Below, in pieces: positions 41,761 through 52,703 of a DNA stretch of 64,000 bases (positions are counted from its first letter, which is position 1; each line of letters begins with the position of its first letter). The position numbers and the translations under genes were made by a program. The notes beneath the pieces were generated by a model. That model made no database searches and was not told the origin of the DNA. It was given only the letters and a program-made list of their open reading frames with translations. Source of the DNA: Diplonema japonicum (Eukaryota > Protista > Euglenozoa: Diplonemea); assembly GCA_964019335.1 (NCBI GenBank), contig OZ025712.1, positions 372,001 to 436,000 of the forward strand, given 5' to 3'.

Positions 41761-44328
41761 TTAGCTTAGCATCTCGAGGGTAGCGGGAGATATTTTCAAC
41801 TTTCGTTCGCAGTCAAGAATGTCGTCAGGAAGGGTGGGCACGACGTGCACGATCTCTTGGTTGCCCTGTGGAGGGTTCTTGCCCTTCTGGTACTCATCGA
41901 GGATGCTCTGCCTAGGAAGCATGGCCTTCAAAATGTCATTAAGGCCTTGAGACACGGTATTTAGGAGATACTCCTGAAACTTCGTACCAACGGCCACAGG
42001 GAGGTTCATGGCCAGACGGCCCATGTAACCTACGGGGTCAGTTATGACAGAGCATGTGAACATTTGATTTGATTTTGCAGTGAGTGTCACCCACCTCACG
42101 AGGAACTCGAGCAGCACTGAGGAGTACCGCTTCTCATCTCTGTAGTCTTTGTCAAGCTTCTTTTGCTCCTTGACCCAATCCCACACGCACGTTTGGGTTT
42201 TGTTGAACTTCTCCAAAGTGTCGAGGGTGCTCTCATCAGTAAGAACCTTGAGCACAGTATGGTACCAGACACACGACTTCCCGTAGTTTGTATGCTGCGT
42301 CCTCACAGTGGACCACACGTTCTTCGCAGGGTACAGTGTGTTGTACACATCAGCATCACGTGCCACCTGCTCGGCTCTCGCACAGTGTGTCTTATTCTGC
42401 CAGTCGCTGATGATGTCGTTGCCAAAGCAGTTTGAATACGCCTGCGCCACGGGTGCCAGTTTGTAGACATCGTCCTTCTGTCCGTATTTCTGCCGCACGA
42501 ATGCAAATTTCGAATGTATTTTCGGGTCCAGTTTCGGCATCTCCAACGTGCCTCCCGTTGTGTCGTCTGCGTCAGCGCTGATCTTTTTCAAACCGTCCTT
42601 TACCTTCTCGAGGTCCCTGTCCCACGCCACCAGCGTTTCTTCAAACTCTTTGTTCTCCTTCTCAACGACATCTAACAGGCAGCGTTGCAGAGGGATCTCC
42701 CTTCTTACTTCGCCCGCAAGCACTTCCTCGTTGACATAAACAAAGCAATAGGCCGTGCTGATGGAGGGCACCTCGGGCTGGATGATACCCATGTACGTCT
42801 GGAGCTCTTCTTCACTCACCTTTCTGACGTTGATGTCGTTGTACTTGTACCATGCCTGCGTCTCGGGGTTGTACAAACAGGCCCAGTAGTGGCCTGATTC
42901 TGCCTGCGTCCCGTCGTGCATGAGGATGCCCGACAGCTTGTAAGTGCTCACCGTCTTGGGCATCCCGTCGTAGGCCGATGACACTTCCCGTTCAGCCTTG
43001 AGCACTTTTTCTTGTTCTGTTGAAACAGCACGTTTCTCTTGAAGCTCCCATTGATCGAACATCTGCTGCACTTGTGTGAAGTTATCGAGGGTGTTTATCT
43101 CGCTCTGCTTGTGTAGCCTTTCCCGCACGATCCGCACCACCTCAGCGAGAGACTTCCCCGTGCCCTCCACATTCTGCAGACCTTTGAGCTTCTCCTTTGA
43201 AGTGTCCAGATCGTGCTTCACAACGGACACCTCCTTGCGGATGACCATCGATTCTTTGTTGTTGACGTGCATGTACCTATCCATGTTCAGGACGAGGGGG
43301 CATTGTACTATCTGATTGTTCTTCGTGATATGCCCGTCTTGGTATGATGCACGTTGCAGTTGGAAATTAAGGATGTTCGGCAGCCGCGTGAACCACACGG
43401 ACTTCTCTGCAGTGGATGTCTTGATCTCTGTCCCTGACGGTGAAGGCACCTCGTACTGGTAGTCTTCGATGAGCTCGTGTTTGGTGTGGTTCTCGATCAT
43501 CTCGTGCAGTGTCTGGCTTTTAGGATCCACGGCCAGCACCACCGAGCGGAATGTGTCTGCATTAGAAGACTTCTCTTCTTCAGCGACTTTGTAAGATTCT
43601 TTGTACTCGCCTTCCACGAGTTCGAGCAGCGTGTCCCTCTTCTCCTTGTCGTCCTTCAGCGCTTGCTCGATGCTGTTCAAGAACCTTCCGTTGAACTCCG
43701 TAACGTCCTCCTGGTCGCCGATCTTGTAGGTGTTCCCCTCCCCGTCGGTCATCCCCTGCAGTACTTCACGCGGATCAACAAACTTCTTGTTCGCCAGCTG
43801 CAGGCGCACGAACGTTTCCTGCACGGCCTTCATGAAGGAGGCGCCTTCGCCGCACTCCAGCGACATGATGAGCCATCTCAGGGGGAGGATGTTGTAGAAC
43901 AGCTGCAGGTAGGTGTTCCCGTAGCAGGTGTTGCCCACATTTCGCAGTCCCACAGGAAGATCTTTCTCGATCTTCCTCATGTCAACGGGGGAGTAGGTGA
44001 TGTCTAGGTAGTCGGGGATGGCAGGCTTGTCGCTCATGGAGGCCATGATGACTTGCTGTAGTTGCTCGTCTTCTCCTTGACCTTGACCGGGCTGCCCGCC
44101 TGTTGAGAGGGAAGCTGCGATGGCCTTCTGCAGCTCGTCTTCTCCCCCACCACCCACAGGTGTGCTGTTCCCTGCTGTGAGCCATGCCACCGCCTTCGAG
44201 ATGTCTCCGTCGCAATGGTCCAAAGCCCTCTTTGCATCAGCCTCGCTGAACCCCATGGCAGCCACGGTCTGCACCTTCTCATTCTGCTCGACCATTATAC
44301 GTTGCCGCTTCACGGGCGGTTCGTTCAT
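41761..44328 (-). CDS. Ubiquitin-specific protease (C19) with UBA and UIMs, USP25/28-like architecture
   Basis: MGF..AKRAL UBA; EDELQKAIAASL UIM; GLRNVGNTCY; QEDVTEF; HDG..ESGHYW..WYKYND. Confidence 0.92.
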   Translation of the reverse strand: MNEPPVKRQRIMVEQNEKVQTVAAMGFSEADAKRALDHCDGDISKAVAWLTAGNSTPVGGGGEDELQKAIAASLSTGGQPGQGQGEDEQLQQVIMASMSDKPAIPDYLDITYSPVDMRKIEKDLPVGLRNVGNTCYGNTYLQLFYNILPLRWLIMSLECGEGASFMKAVQETFVRLQLANKKFVDPREVLQGMTDGEGNTYKIGDQEDVTEFNGRFLNSIEQALKDDKEKRDTLLELVEGEYKESYKVAEEEKSSNADTFRSVVLAVDPKSQTLHEMIENHTKHELIEDYQYEVPSPSGTEIKTSTAEKSVWFTRLPNILNFQLQRASYQDGHITKNNQIVQCPLVLNMDRYMHVNNKESMVIRKEVSVVKHDLDTSKEKLKGLQNVEGTGKSLAEVVRIVRERLHKQSEINTLDNFTQVQQMFDQWELQEKRAVSTEQEKVLKAEREVSSAYDGMPKTVSTYKLSGILMHDGTQAESGHYWACLYNPETQAWYKYNDINVRKVSEEELQTYMGIIQPEVPSISTAYCFVYVNEEVLAGEVRREIPLQRCLLDVVEKENKEFEETLVAWDRDLEKVKDGLKKISADADDTTGGTLEMPKLDPKIHSKFAFVRQKYGQKDDVYKLAPVAQAYSNCFGNDIISDWQNKTHCARAEQVARDADVYNTLYPAKNVWSTVRTQHTNYGKSCVWYHTVLKVLTDESTLDTLEKFNKTQTCVWDWVKEQKKLDKDYRDEKRYSSVLLEFLVRWVTLTAKSNQMFTCSVITDPVGYMGRLAMNLPVAVGTKFQEYLLNTVSQGLNDILKAMLPRQSILDEYQKGKNPPQGNQEIVHVVPTLPDDILDCERKLKISPATLEMLS

Positions 44329-44401
44329 CCTTCAGTGGTGTGATGGTGGGTCAAAGAGAGAGGAAAAAAGAAACAACTAAATTAGTGTAAATTGTCATTC
44401 T

Positions 44402-44584
44402 CTACAGTGCAGGCCCTAGGACGGGGGCCGGGATAGTGCCGGTGTGCGTACCCGGCACTGCCCCTACTCCCGCCACAGGATTGGTTCTCGCGACGGTGAT
44501 GCCGCCCATGACCCCATTGTTGTACGACTTCGTGATGGTGCCGGAGAACCCAGACACAGTATCAATCACACCACCGCCAGTCAT
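44402..44584 (-). CDS. 60-aa G/T/V/P-rich microprotein, paralog A
   Basis: Shares GFSGTITKSYN.G...G.TVARTNPVAG with the adjacent ORF, including synonymous differences. Confidence 0.7.
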   Translation of the reverse strand: MTGGGVIDTVSGFSGTITKSYNNGVMGGITVARTNPVAGVGAVPGTHTGTIPAPVLGPAL

Positions 44585-44714
44585 TTTGTTGTTCTTATTT
44601 TTTAAAACGTGTGTAGCTTTTTATGAATAATAATTTTAAAAAAAAACTGTTCAGAGATCATACGGGAAAAAAAATGAAATTAAAAAAAGAAATAGTGTAA
44701 AGGTGTACTTTCTT

Positions 44715-44936
44715 CTAATGGACGGGCCCCAGAACAGGAGCTGGAACGGTTGCAGCGGCCGGCACAGGTCCAAGGGCGGGGGCAGGAATGGTTCCCGCAG
44801 GCACGGTTCCTGCAGGCACGGTGGTGTGGGTAGCAGCTGGGACAATCCCTGCCACAGGGTTGGTCCTAGCAACAGTGACGCCACTGAGGGCACCTCCGTT
44901 GTACGACTTCGTGATGGTGCCAGAGAACCCGGTCAT
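44715..44936 (-). CDS. 73-aa G/T/V/P-rich microprotein, paralog B
   Basis: ATG at 44936; TVPAG repeats; paralog of 44402-44584. Confidence 0.7.
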   Translation of the reverse strand: MTGFSGTITKSYNGGALSGVTVARTNPVAGIVPAATHTTVPAGTVPAGTIPAPALGPVPAAATVPAPVLGPVH

Positions 44937-45300
44937 TATATTCTCTTTCTTTTTCCTTTCTTGTGTAGTCTGTGGGGATAAATGGAAAAAAAACCCCCCA
45001 GCGTGCAGAGAGAGAAAACTGCCCAAATACAGTAATAATACAGAAGAGCAGGGAACACTATCCGGGAAGGGCTGCACTTCTCAAGCGTGGTAGTGGGTCG
45101 TAGGGATTAGAATGGGGTAAAGGAGGGAAGCAAAAAAAAAATGGAAAAAATATCAAACAACAAAAGAAAAAAAGAAAAAAAATGGGGTGTAGCAGAAACA
45201 CTCATGAAAAAAGAAGAAGAAGAAAAAAAAAGGAAAATAAAAAGGGACCACTGATAGAAAAATAAAAAAGGGGGGTATTCGAAAGAGATTCCTCATGTCT

Positions 45301-46158
45301 CTACGCCAAACGGTATTTGGAGAGGGTGCGTGGTAGATCTGCTGTACGGGAAGTACTCGTCACTGCAAGAAGATATAAATATGTTTCCCCCCCGTTTTTC
45401 ACATACGTCCAATCACCAACATATGACCTCTCTTTTTCGTGCACGGTTTCAGTGCCTCCAATAATCCACGTTGGCTGGATGAGCAGGAGGTGGCTGTTTT
45501 TTGGGTTTAATTTTTTTTTTTTTGTCCAAATTACATACGATCTGCGACACCAAGAATCGTTCCAATCCCCAACAAACACCATGAGCTCCCATCTCAGCGA
45601 CATGCCGGAGACCAAATGGTAGGCGGCAAGACCACCAGGGGAGATGGTATCAGGCGAGGGTTCCACGGACCCATCCTCAGCGAGTACCCAGTTTGGGTCG
45701 GGATTTTCCTTGAGCTGCTGCGGTGTGACGGAAAGCCAGGTGTCCAGCATCACCCGCCACAGGTTAAAGTCAACTCTGGCCATGGGGTGGTTGAAGGGGT
45801 CGGACTGCTTAAAGTTGAAATTCAAGTTGAGCATGTGCCCTCTGTCATAGTCAGCGAGACGAGCACCATATAAGAAAATAAAGGTCACCAACACCAACAG
45901 CAGCAGCCATGGGAGAATGTTGTAGGAGTGCCCAATCAACCACTGCATCGGGAGGTAGAAGTAATGCCACGGGGCTACTAAGTAGTTTGCGAATAACGGT
46001 GTAATGAAATCTTGTTTCACCGCTGTTCTTGAAAAGCTCCTCCCCTGCTGGTTCCTCACTCCCGCCATCCCTGGCTTTCCTGCCAGCCAGGGATTCCTCG
46101 CCATCGACTCCAGGCCCCTGCGTGCCAGCAGGCCTGACACCATCCCTCTTTGCAGCAT
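45301..46158 (-). CDS. Hypothetical, probably mitochondrial membrane protein
   Basis: Presequence-like MLQRGMVSGLLARR..RSFSRTA, TM segment; in-frame intron 45494-45538; probable UTR intron 46167-46220. Confidence 0.65.
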   Translation of the reverse strand: MLQRGMVSGLLARRGLESMARNPWLAGKPGMAGVRNQQGRSFSRTAVKQDFITPLFANYLVAPWHYFYLPMQWLIGHSYNILPWLLLLVLVTFIFLYGARLADYDRGHMLNLNFNFKQSDPFNHPMARVDFNLWRVMLDTWLSVTPQQLKENPDPNWVLAEDGSVEPSPDTISPGGLAAYHLVSGMSLRWELMVFVGDWNDSWCRRSYVIWTKKKKLNPKNSHLLLIQPTWIIGGTETVHEKERSYVGDWTYVKNGGETYLYLLAVTSTSRTADLPRTLSKYRLA

Positions 46159-46481
46159 TTTGCCCACCTGTAATGGTAATAATGTTGGTTTGAATATCGT
46201 GTTTGCGAAGGTTCTCATACCCGAAGAGGGTGGTGGGGAATGGAGGAGGGGGAAAGGGGGATAAAAAAGAATTTTATTATTCAAACCCTCTTGAAACGGA
46301 CAGTTTTTATGCTCGTTTCGAGAGGGTTGTATTTTTATTTTTTTTCTTTGTGCTCCACTCAAAGATATCCTTTGTTTGGCTGACACAACTATTAGAACAA
46401 TTATATTTTTTTTCAACCCCCCAAACACTGCCATTCAGCAGGTGGTGCTGGACGTTATGGTAGTACACTTCCAAGGTACGT

Positions 46482-48326
46482 TTACTGCGACACGCACGCA
46501 GCAGGTGTTTCCCACACCATCGTGTAGGCGCACATGGAAGGCTCGGCTACAGTGCGGACAATGTTTTCAGGGCCGCAGATGATTTTCAGCTCTGTGGACC
46601 TAGCAGGCCCGTTCCAGCAGGTCTGCCCATCTTCGTACTTCATGATGGACAAGTCATCCTGGCCACCCCACGCCCCGTAGGTTTGCTTCCCCCAAGAACC
46701 CCATTTGCCCAGGTTCGTGTGCCCTTGCACGACCTCCTTGAAAGGACACAGCTTGTAAGTGTACTCAGGTGTGACGTACTCAAAGCACTCTCCCTTGAGG
46801 GGGAGGAACTCATTCTCAGGCCCGTAGTTCATCTTCAGCTCTGTGGCGTGTTCGTCAATCTTCCGCTGCAGCTCGTCGTGCGTGGTCTTCAAGTTGTTGT
46901 ACTCGTCACGGGCATGCCTGGCTTCCTCTCTAGTGTGCCCGCTGCCCGTGTCCACCACGAACTCCGGTTCCGAGTCGTCGTTCTTGTAGACAACATCAAC
47001 ATCGCTAGTGGCGCACTCCACACCACAGTCGCAACCCCACGTGCAGCTGTGCGTCTCCCAGAACTCCGTGTTTCTTGCGCACCATGTTCCGCACGGTCCA
47101 GTGCCGCTGGCCGCCAATGCCGGGTCGTTGTAGCACACCATCCTCCCGTAGTCGGAGTCGTGCTTCACAGGATACGGGTACTCAGGGGGGCAGGGCTGAG
47201 TGATCTCGTCCCCTTCGTCACCGTCGCCCTCGCACACCTGCTGGCACGTAAAGCTTTCATGCTCGCATGTGAACTCGTACCTCTTGTCCTCCGCGCACTC
47301 ACAGTACCCAGACGACCCAGTGGGGATGATGTTGGAGCAACCCGTGTCCGCATGTTCTTTAGCACCCTTGGGATCGCATCCCGCGGTCTGTGTCCAACCC
47401 TTGCACACGTTGGGCACCTCCGTCACGGTAGGTGGCACCTGCTTCTCGACAGGGACAACATCATGTCCGTCAGCTTCAAAGCTGAACCCTTGCCCGTCTA
47501 GGGTCACTACAAGCTTGCCGTCCTTCGTGCTCACGGTGCCGGTCTCGCCCTTTGCACAGGATTTCCCGTTCTTGAATGATAGCGGCTTGTTGACAGCCAC
47601 CTTCCCGCCTTTGACGATGTCGCCGTGCATCGCAATGGCGGCCGTGTGTGCTGATGCGTACTCCGCCTCGACAGCCGCCTTCTGGACGTCACGCTCCGCC
47701 CTCTCGTTGTCATGGATGACCTTCTTTGCCTCGGACTCCCTTTTGATGACCTCCCGTTCAGACGCTTCGATGGCTTCTTCAGTGGTCTTCACGACTTCAG
47801 CGGTTTCCATGTCCGACTTGGCCTTCTTGATCTGCTCCTCCCACTCAGCCGACTCTCCCTTCTTCTGGTCGATGATAATCTTGGCGCGTGCAATGAGCTG
47901 AGCTTTCTTTTCAAGGCCGGCTGCAGTCTTGGCAGCCATCTCTGCCTGCTCCTTGGCACGCACAGTGGCGACTTCAACGCAGATGTTGGTGCACCCAGCA
48001 TCGGTGGCGAACTCGTCAGTCCCGTCGCAGCAGTCGCAGATGCCGTCGTTGATACGCGACTGCAGGATGTGCTCACCCTTGTGGCCCTCGTTCACACACC
48101 AGAATGTCATCTTAGGCTCGAGCCCCGCGCATGCGGATGTGCTAGGCTCGTCTGTCCCGTCTTTGCAGTCGCAGTAGTCGTCATTCACGTGGCCCATCGG
48201 GATCTGCACCCCACCGTCGCAGGTGAACATGCCACCCTCGTACTTGTGTGCATCCTCAGGAGCGACGCCTCTCAGAGCTGACCCTGCCTGCGCCAGCAGC
48301 AAGACCGCTATCGGGATGCGGTACAT
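46482..48326 (-). CDS. Glucosidase II beta subunit (PRKCSH-like)
   Basis: LRGVAPE, VNDDYCDCKDGTDEPSTSAC, INDGICDCCDGTDE, MRH domain YKLCPF..GQTCWNGPARS..EPSMCAY. Confidence 0.92.
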   Translation of the reverse strand: MYRIPIAVLLLAQAGSALRGVAPEDAHKYEGGMFTCDGGVQIPMGHVNDDYCDCKDGTDEPSTSACAGLEPKMTFWCVNEGHKGEHILQSRINDGICDCCDGTDEFATDAGCTNICVEVATVRAKEQAEMAAKTAAGLEKKAQLIARAKIIIDQKKGESAEWEEQIKKAKSDMETAEVVKTTEEAIEASEREVIKRESEAKKVIHDNERAERDVQKAAVEAEYASAHTAAIAMHGDIVKGGKVAVNKPLSFKNGKSCAKGETGTVSTKDGKLVVTLDGQGFSFEADGHDVVPVEKQVPPTVTEVPNVCKGWTQTAGCDPKGAKEHADTGCSNIIPTGSSGYCECAEDKRYEFTCEHESFTCQQVCEGDGDEGDEITQPCPPEYPYPVKHDSDYGRMVCYNDPALAASGTGPCGTWCARNTEFWETHSCTWGCDCGVECATSDVDVVYKNDDSEPEFVVDTGSGHTREEARHARDEYNNLKTTHDELQRKIDEHATELKMNYGPENEFLPLKGECFEYVTPEYTYKLCPFKEVVQGHTNLGKWGSWGKQTYGAWGGQDDLSIMKYEDGQTCWNGPARSTELKIICGPENIVRTVAEPSMCAYTMVWETPAACVSQ

Positions 48327-48425
48327 TGTAATTGTTAAAACCCTGAGTAATATTAAGGAGGGTGAAGGCGAGCTACAGAGTAAGCTAGTTGGACACTTCC
48401 CCTCAGGGTGTTCCCCTCAGGGTGT

Positions 48426-49070
48426 TCACGAGTTATAAAGTTTGTTCCTTTTGAGATAATTGATGACCGCCGATGGCACGTAGCCGATGATGGTGTCATA
48501 TGCTTTATGTTGAATGATGCCCCGTATTTCCGTAGAGGAGATGTCGATGGACTGGTCCTCGGAGCCGATGACGGAGAACCTTGGGCCATAGGGGGTCAGG
48601 TCGGGGATGGGGGAACCGGGGCGGGGGATGACTGCAAAGTCATATTCTTTGAGAAGACGATCGCCAGTGGGACCTTCAGCAGAAGTCCATTTGCGGATAT
48701 CGGAACTGGAGGAAAGCCAGTCAGAGCCAACAACAAAGACATAGTCATTGCTACTGTCCTGCGACTCAAGTGTTTTAAGAAGGTCATAGGTAGCAAGCCC
48801 CCCTTCTGTGTTGTACTCAGTCCTGCTCACGAACACAGGTTCTTCGTTGATGAAGCTGGTGTTCACAGCTATCTGCACCATGGACATCCTGTCCACCTTG
48901 TCAGACATTTGAGGTTTGTCGGCCCTGTTTCCACATGGCATCACGATCACCTCATCGATATTCTTATTGCCCAAAAGCTGCCTGATGCATGCTATGTGCC
49001 CTTCCGTTGGTGGATCGAAGGCACCACCGTACACAGCACAGCGCTTTAAAGCCAAAAGTGTCCTCCGCAT
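48426..49070 (-). CDS. Nicotinate/nicotinamide-nucleotide adenylyltransferase (NadD-like)
   Basis: YGGAFDPPTEGH, FVVGSD, ISSTEIR. Confidence 0.88.
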   Translation of the reverse strand: MRRTLLALKRCAVYGGAFDPPTEGHIACIRQLLGNKNIDEVIVMPCGNRADKPQMSDKVDRMSMVQIAVNTSFINEEPVFVSRTEYNTEGGLATYDLLKTLESQDSSNDYVFVVGSDWLSSSSDIRKWTSAEGPTGDRLLKEYDFAVIPRPGSPIPDLTPYGPRFSVIGSEDQSIDISSTEIRGIIQHKAYDTIIGYVPSAVINYLKRNKLYNS

Positions 49071-49165
49071 CTCAACCCTAGTCCTTGTTGTGGATGTGGA
49101 GAGTGGGGAAAAGCCAATATTGACTTTAGATACAATTGTGCCACTAAATTAAACACAACAAAAAG

Positions 49166-49197
<32 letters not shown>

Positions 49198-49374
49198 GAA
49201 ATAAAAAACAAGGCAAGGTTGGAAATTTTTCTTCAGATGAACTAAAAAAAATAAAAAAATCTCTTTTTTCTCTTTTTTTTCTTTTTTTTTTTGTTTGTCC
49301 CCTCTTTTTTTCCCCTTTTCTTTTATTCCCCCCCCCCCTTCTTTTTGGCGATACGAGACCATGCCACCCCTTGC

Positions 49375-51042
49375 CTAGAAAGAGTAGCGTTCTGTGACCC
49401 TCCTTTGGTCGGAGTACTCCTTCGTGAGCCAGTAAAGGACAAAGAAGACAAACATGTGAAGAAAGCTCATGTAAACAACCACGAAGCCTCTTGTGTACTG
49501 GTTGGTGTTCAGAACTTTCATGATGCTGTAGGTAAAGCTGTTGAACCCTGTGTTCTGGCCCCCGCGGGTGTCTTGAATACTGCGCTGTGGTTGTGGGGAG
49601 AAGGTAGCCCTTCTGCGCAGTTTGTCCACCTCGGCTAACAACCTGTCGTTGCGCGCCTCGACATCGCTTATCTTCTGTCTCAGAGTGGCCCGTTGCGTGG
49701 TGAGCAGTGACACCTCTGCATCCCCTGCACCCTCCATGTCTATCACATGGTTCTCTTTGCTCACCAGCTTTGAGAGGTCGAACACCTTGTCCCCCCCTCC
49801 TGCACGTTCACATGCCACGTTGCTCAGCCTCTCCCTTACTGCGTGCAGTGACTCGTTGCACGTCTCCAGCGATAGTGACACGTCATCGTTTTGTGCTTTC
49901 AGACTTTGGATCTCAAACTCCTTTTGCTTCAAGCTGCTGGCAAGGCCTGTGCTCCTGTCGTGCAACTCCTTCAAGATGACCACTGCGTCGTACTCATCTG
50001 CGATGCTCTCCGCCTTAGGGATGTTCAGCTCCAGCATCGCTTTCTGCAGCCTTGTTGTCTGCGTCGCATCGTTGTCTGCCACACCATGCGAGGGGCTCCG
50101 CTTGGTTAGCTTGGTCAACACGGCCTTCTCCCCTTCCAACCTAGCGACCGTGTCCTCTAGCACAATGGTTGCCTCGGCTGCCTTGGTTGCTTGGAACTCA
50201 TGTGCTTTGATCGAGCTGCGCAGTTCCGCAACCTCATCCCGCAGGGTCTCTGCCTCTCCTTGCCATGTGTTTCTTTGGAGCTCCCTGATGCGTGTGTCAG
50301 CGTCTGCCAGTTGCTGTGACAGCACTGTGTTCTCTTCCTGCAAACCTTCATATCTAGAGTCGGTGTTGTACTGTGTCTTGTTCAACTCCTCTGTCAGCAT
50401 CAGGGTCTTCTCTTGCAAATTCTCGTGTTGTGTTGTGAGTGACGACAGCTTCTGCTTCACCGCCTCCGTGCTAGCAATTGCTGCCTCTAGTTTCGCTTCG
50501 AGAGTTCGTGTGTAGGTTGTTGCCGACTCTGTCCGCTCTTTCTCAGCTTTGAGATTTTCCTGCAGCTGTTTTACCGCCGTGCCGCTCTCTGCCTCTGTCT
50601 CCAACCGCTGAGCCAGCCCGTGCACTTCTGTCTCCAGCTTCTTCACAGTGGCGCTCATCACGTTTGCCGCAAGCAAATAGCTCGTCGGGTCGCTTAGCTC
50701 GGCTACTTTTTTATAAAAATCCGTAAAGCTCTTTTCACTGAAGCAACTGCGTTCCAGAAGTTTTGCGAAAGAGGTCTTGAAGTAACTCAGTATACCTTCG
50801 ATCTCTTTGATGGCACACGTCTCCCTCCCCTTCAAGCTGTTGGTGAAGGTCTTGACGTACGTGATAAGGTCTGTCTTCTCTTGGATACCCTTCGTCATGT
50901 TGTTGATGACCTTCTCATAGACCTCATGGTGTGCTCCGATGGTACCCTCGAAGTCGAAGGCTTTCCACACTTCATAGACAGTCTTAGCTTGGTCTCCGGA
51001 GGGGGTGGAGGTGGGGGTGGGGGTGCGCGAAGGGCTCGCCAT
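49375..51042 (-). CDS. CASP/Coy1-like golgin
   Basis: Long coiled coil, QR..LRQK..VE motif, C-terminal TM with conserved Y and H (TRGFVVVYMSFLHMFVFFVLY). Confidence 0.8.
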   Translation of the reverse strand: MASPSRTPTPTSTPSGDQAKTVYEVWKAFDFEGTIGAHHEVYEKVINNMTKGIQEKTDLITYVKTFTNSLKGRETCAIKEIEGILSYFKTSFAKLLERSCFSEKSFTDFYKKVAELSDPTSYLLAANVMSATVKKLETEVHGLAQRLETEAESGTAVKQLQENLKAEKERTESATTYTRTLEAKLEAAIASTEAVKQKLSSLTTQHENLQEKTLMLTEELNKTQYNTDSRYEGLQEENTVLSQQLADADTRIRELQRNTWQGEAETLRDEVAELRSSIKAHEFQATKAAEATIVLEDTVARLEGEKAVLTKLTKRSPSHGVADNDATQTTRLQKAMLELNIPKAESIADEYDAVVILKELHDRSTGLASSLKQKEFEIQSLKAQNDDVSLSLETCNESLHAVRERLSNVACERAGGGDKVFDLSKLVSKENHVIDMEGAGDAEVSLLTTQRATLRQKISDVEARNDRLLAEVDKLRRRATFSPQPQRSIQDTRGGQNTGFNSFTYSIMKVLNTNQYTRGFVVVYMSFLHMFVFFVLYWLTKEYSDQRRVTERYSF

Positions 51043-51194
51043 GCGTACCGCCTGTAGGTGGGTGGGAAATACATGAAGGGGGGAAAAAACAGGGAAAAAA
51101 ATCAGATAATAATGTGTAGGGGGGGGGGGGGGGGGGGGGGGGGTGACACCCTAAGTAAGGCTCCTTCTACGTGACGTGACAGTGTACGGGCTTC

Positions 51195-51458
51195 TTAGAA
51201 GAACGTCTCGGGAAGATCATCGTTCATCACCTGCTTCGCGGATGCGTGGCCACTATCCTGCCCGATCTTGGCACCCATGACCTTGGGTGGGCCAGGCATG
51301 GGGAACTGGGCGTCGCATTTCTGTTTTTTTTTTTCTTCTTTTTTAAATTTTCTTTACAATACCTGAATGCAAGAAATAGCGGGGCACGCAGGACCAGACT
51401 TCTTGGTGATCCCGGACGCAACAACGTTCTTGCCACCAAGCGAGGGAACTGCCGCGGG

Positions 51459-51461
<3 letters not shown>
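51195..51461 (-). CDS. 74-aa two-exon microprotein (MPAAVPSLGG...DDLPETFF)
   Basis: Intron 51321-51362 (GTATT..polyA..CAG) contains an in-frame stop; the spliced frame is open. Confidence 0.6.
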
Positions 51462-51496
<35 letters not shown>

Positions 51497-52073
51497 TTGT
51501 GTGTAAAGAGGATTCACTGCGTGTCAACATTGCACTCCGATTGCGAAAACAACTAAAGATCAAAATGATTTTCAAATACACAAGCAGCAAGGGGGGAGAA
51601 AAAAAGGAGTTGGCAGTTTGTCGTCTTGTGCAACAAAAGAAAAACGGGAAAAAAAAAGTCGGGGTTAAACGCCAAACAATGCTACCTCGACCCTTTTCTT
51701 TTCTAGCAACAACAATTCATTTGCAATATTTGTGTGTGTGTTTTCTTTTTTCTCTTTTTTTTCCTTGTTCAAGGAGTGACCGCTTGCTACTGCCTTTACG
51801 ACGAGCAGCCCTTTTTTTTTAAATCCTGTAAAAAAAAAAAAGCAAGCCTTCAGTCCAAAGCTCCCATCGGACTGTGACTAGCTTAGGAGGAAAAGACGAA
51901 AGTATCAGGCCGGTGGAGGGGATAAAAGTACACTGCTAGTACCAGAACACTATCAAAAAAAAAAAAGCGAAAAAAAAGAAAAAGAAAAGAGGAAAAAAAG
52001 AAAGAAATACAATTTTGACCTTGCCTTTTTGGTCGCACAGATCTAGAAAGCGCAAGAAAAAAGGGTAAAAAGT

Positions 52074-52114
<41 letters not shown>

Positions 52115-52154
52115 CTGCTGAGGTATTTTCTTGGTCCGGCACTAGTGCGTCAAG

Positions 52155-52197
<43 letters not shown>

Positions 52198-52703
52198 GAA
52201 AAAAGATATGAGCTCGTCCGGATTAAAATGCCATTAACACTTTTTTTGGGGATTCGATTTCTCTCTCTCTTTTTTTTTTTTTTTTTTTTTCTTATTCAAG
52301 CTTTGACAGCCAGTCGGCACTTCACACGTTGTGCCAGACTACTTTATTCTTAGAAAATTGCCGGGAGTTTTCCGCCGCGCAGGAGGGCCGTTTGTTAACA
52401 TTTTTTTTTTATTCCGGACGAACTCCTATAAAGAAAAATAAAAATACTGTAAAGGAAAATCACAGGAAGGGAAAATGTCTGGAAGCCCTGGCCAACCGGA
52501 TGATGTTCCTTCCGGTAATTTTTCCTTATACAGTATGGTAAAACTTGTTTATTTTTTTTCCCCCCTTCTTTTTTGGTTTTTCGCTCGAGTAACGGAGGGC
52601 AAAACCTGCAGAAGTAAAATCCTTACTCGGCACAAAGAAGTTACAAGTTTTATTATCCTTTTTCCTTTTAACCATATTACATTTGAATTATAATTTTAAA
52701 TAA

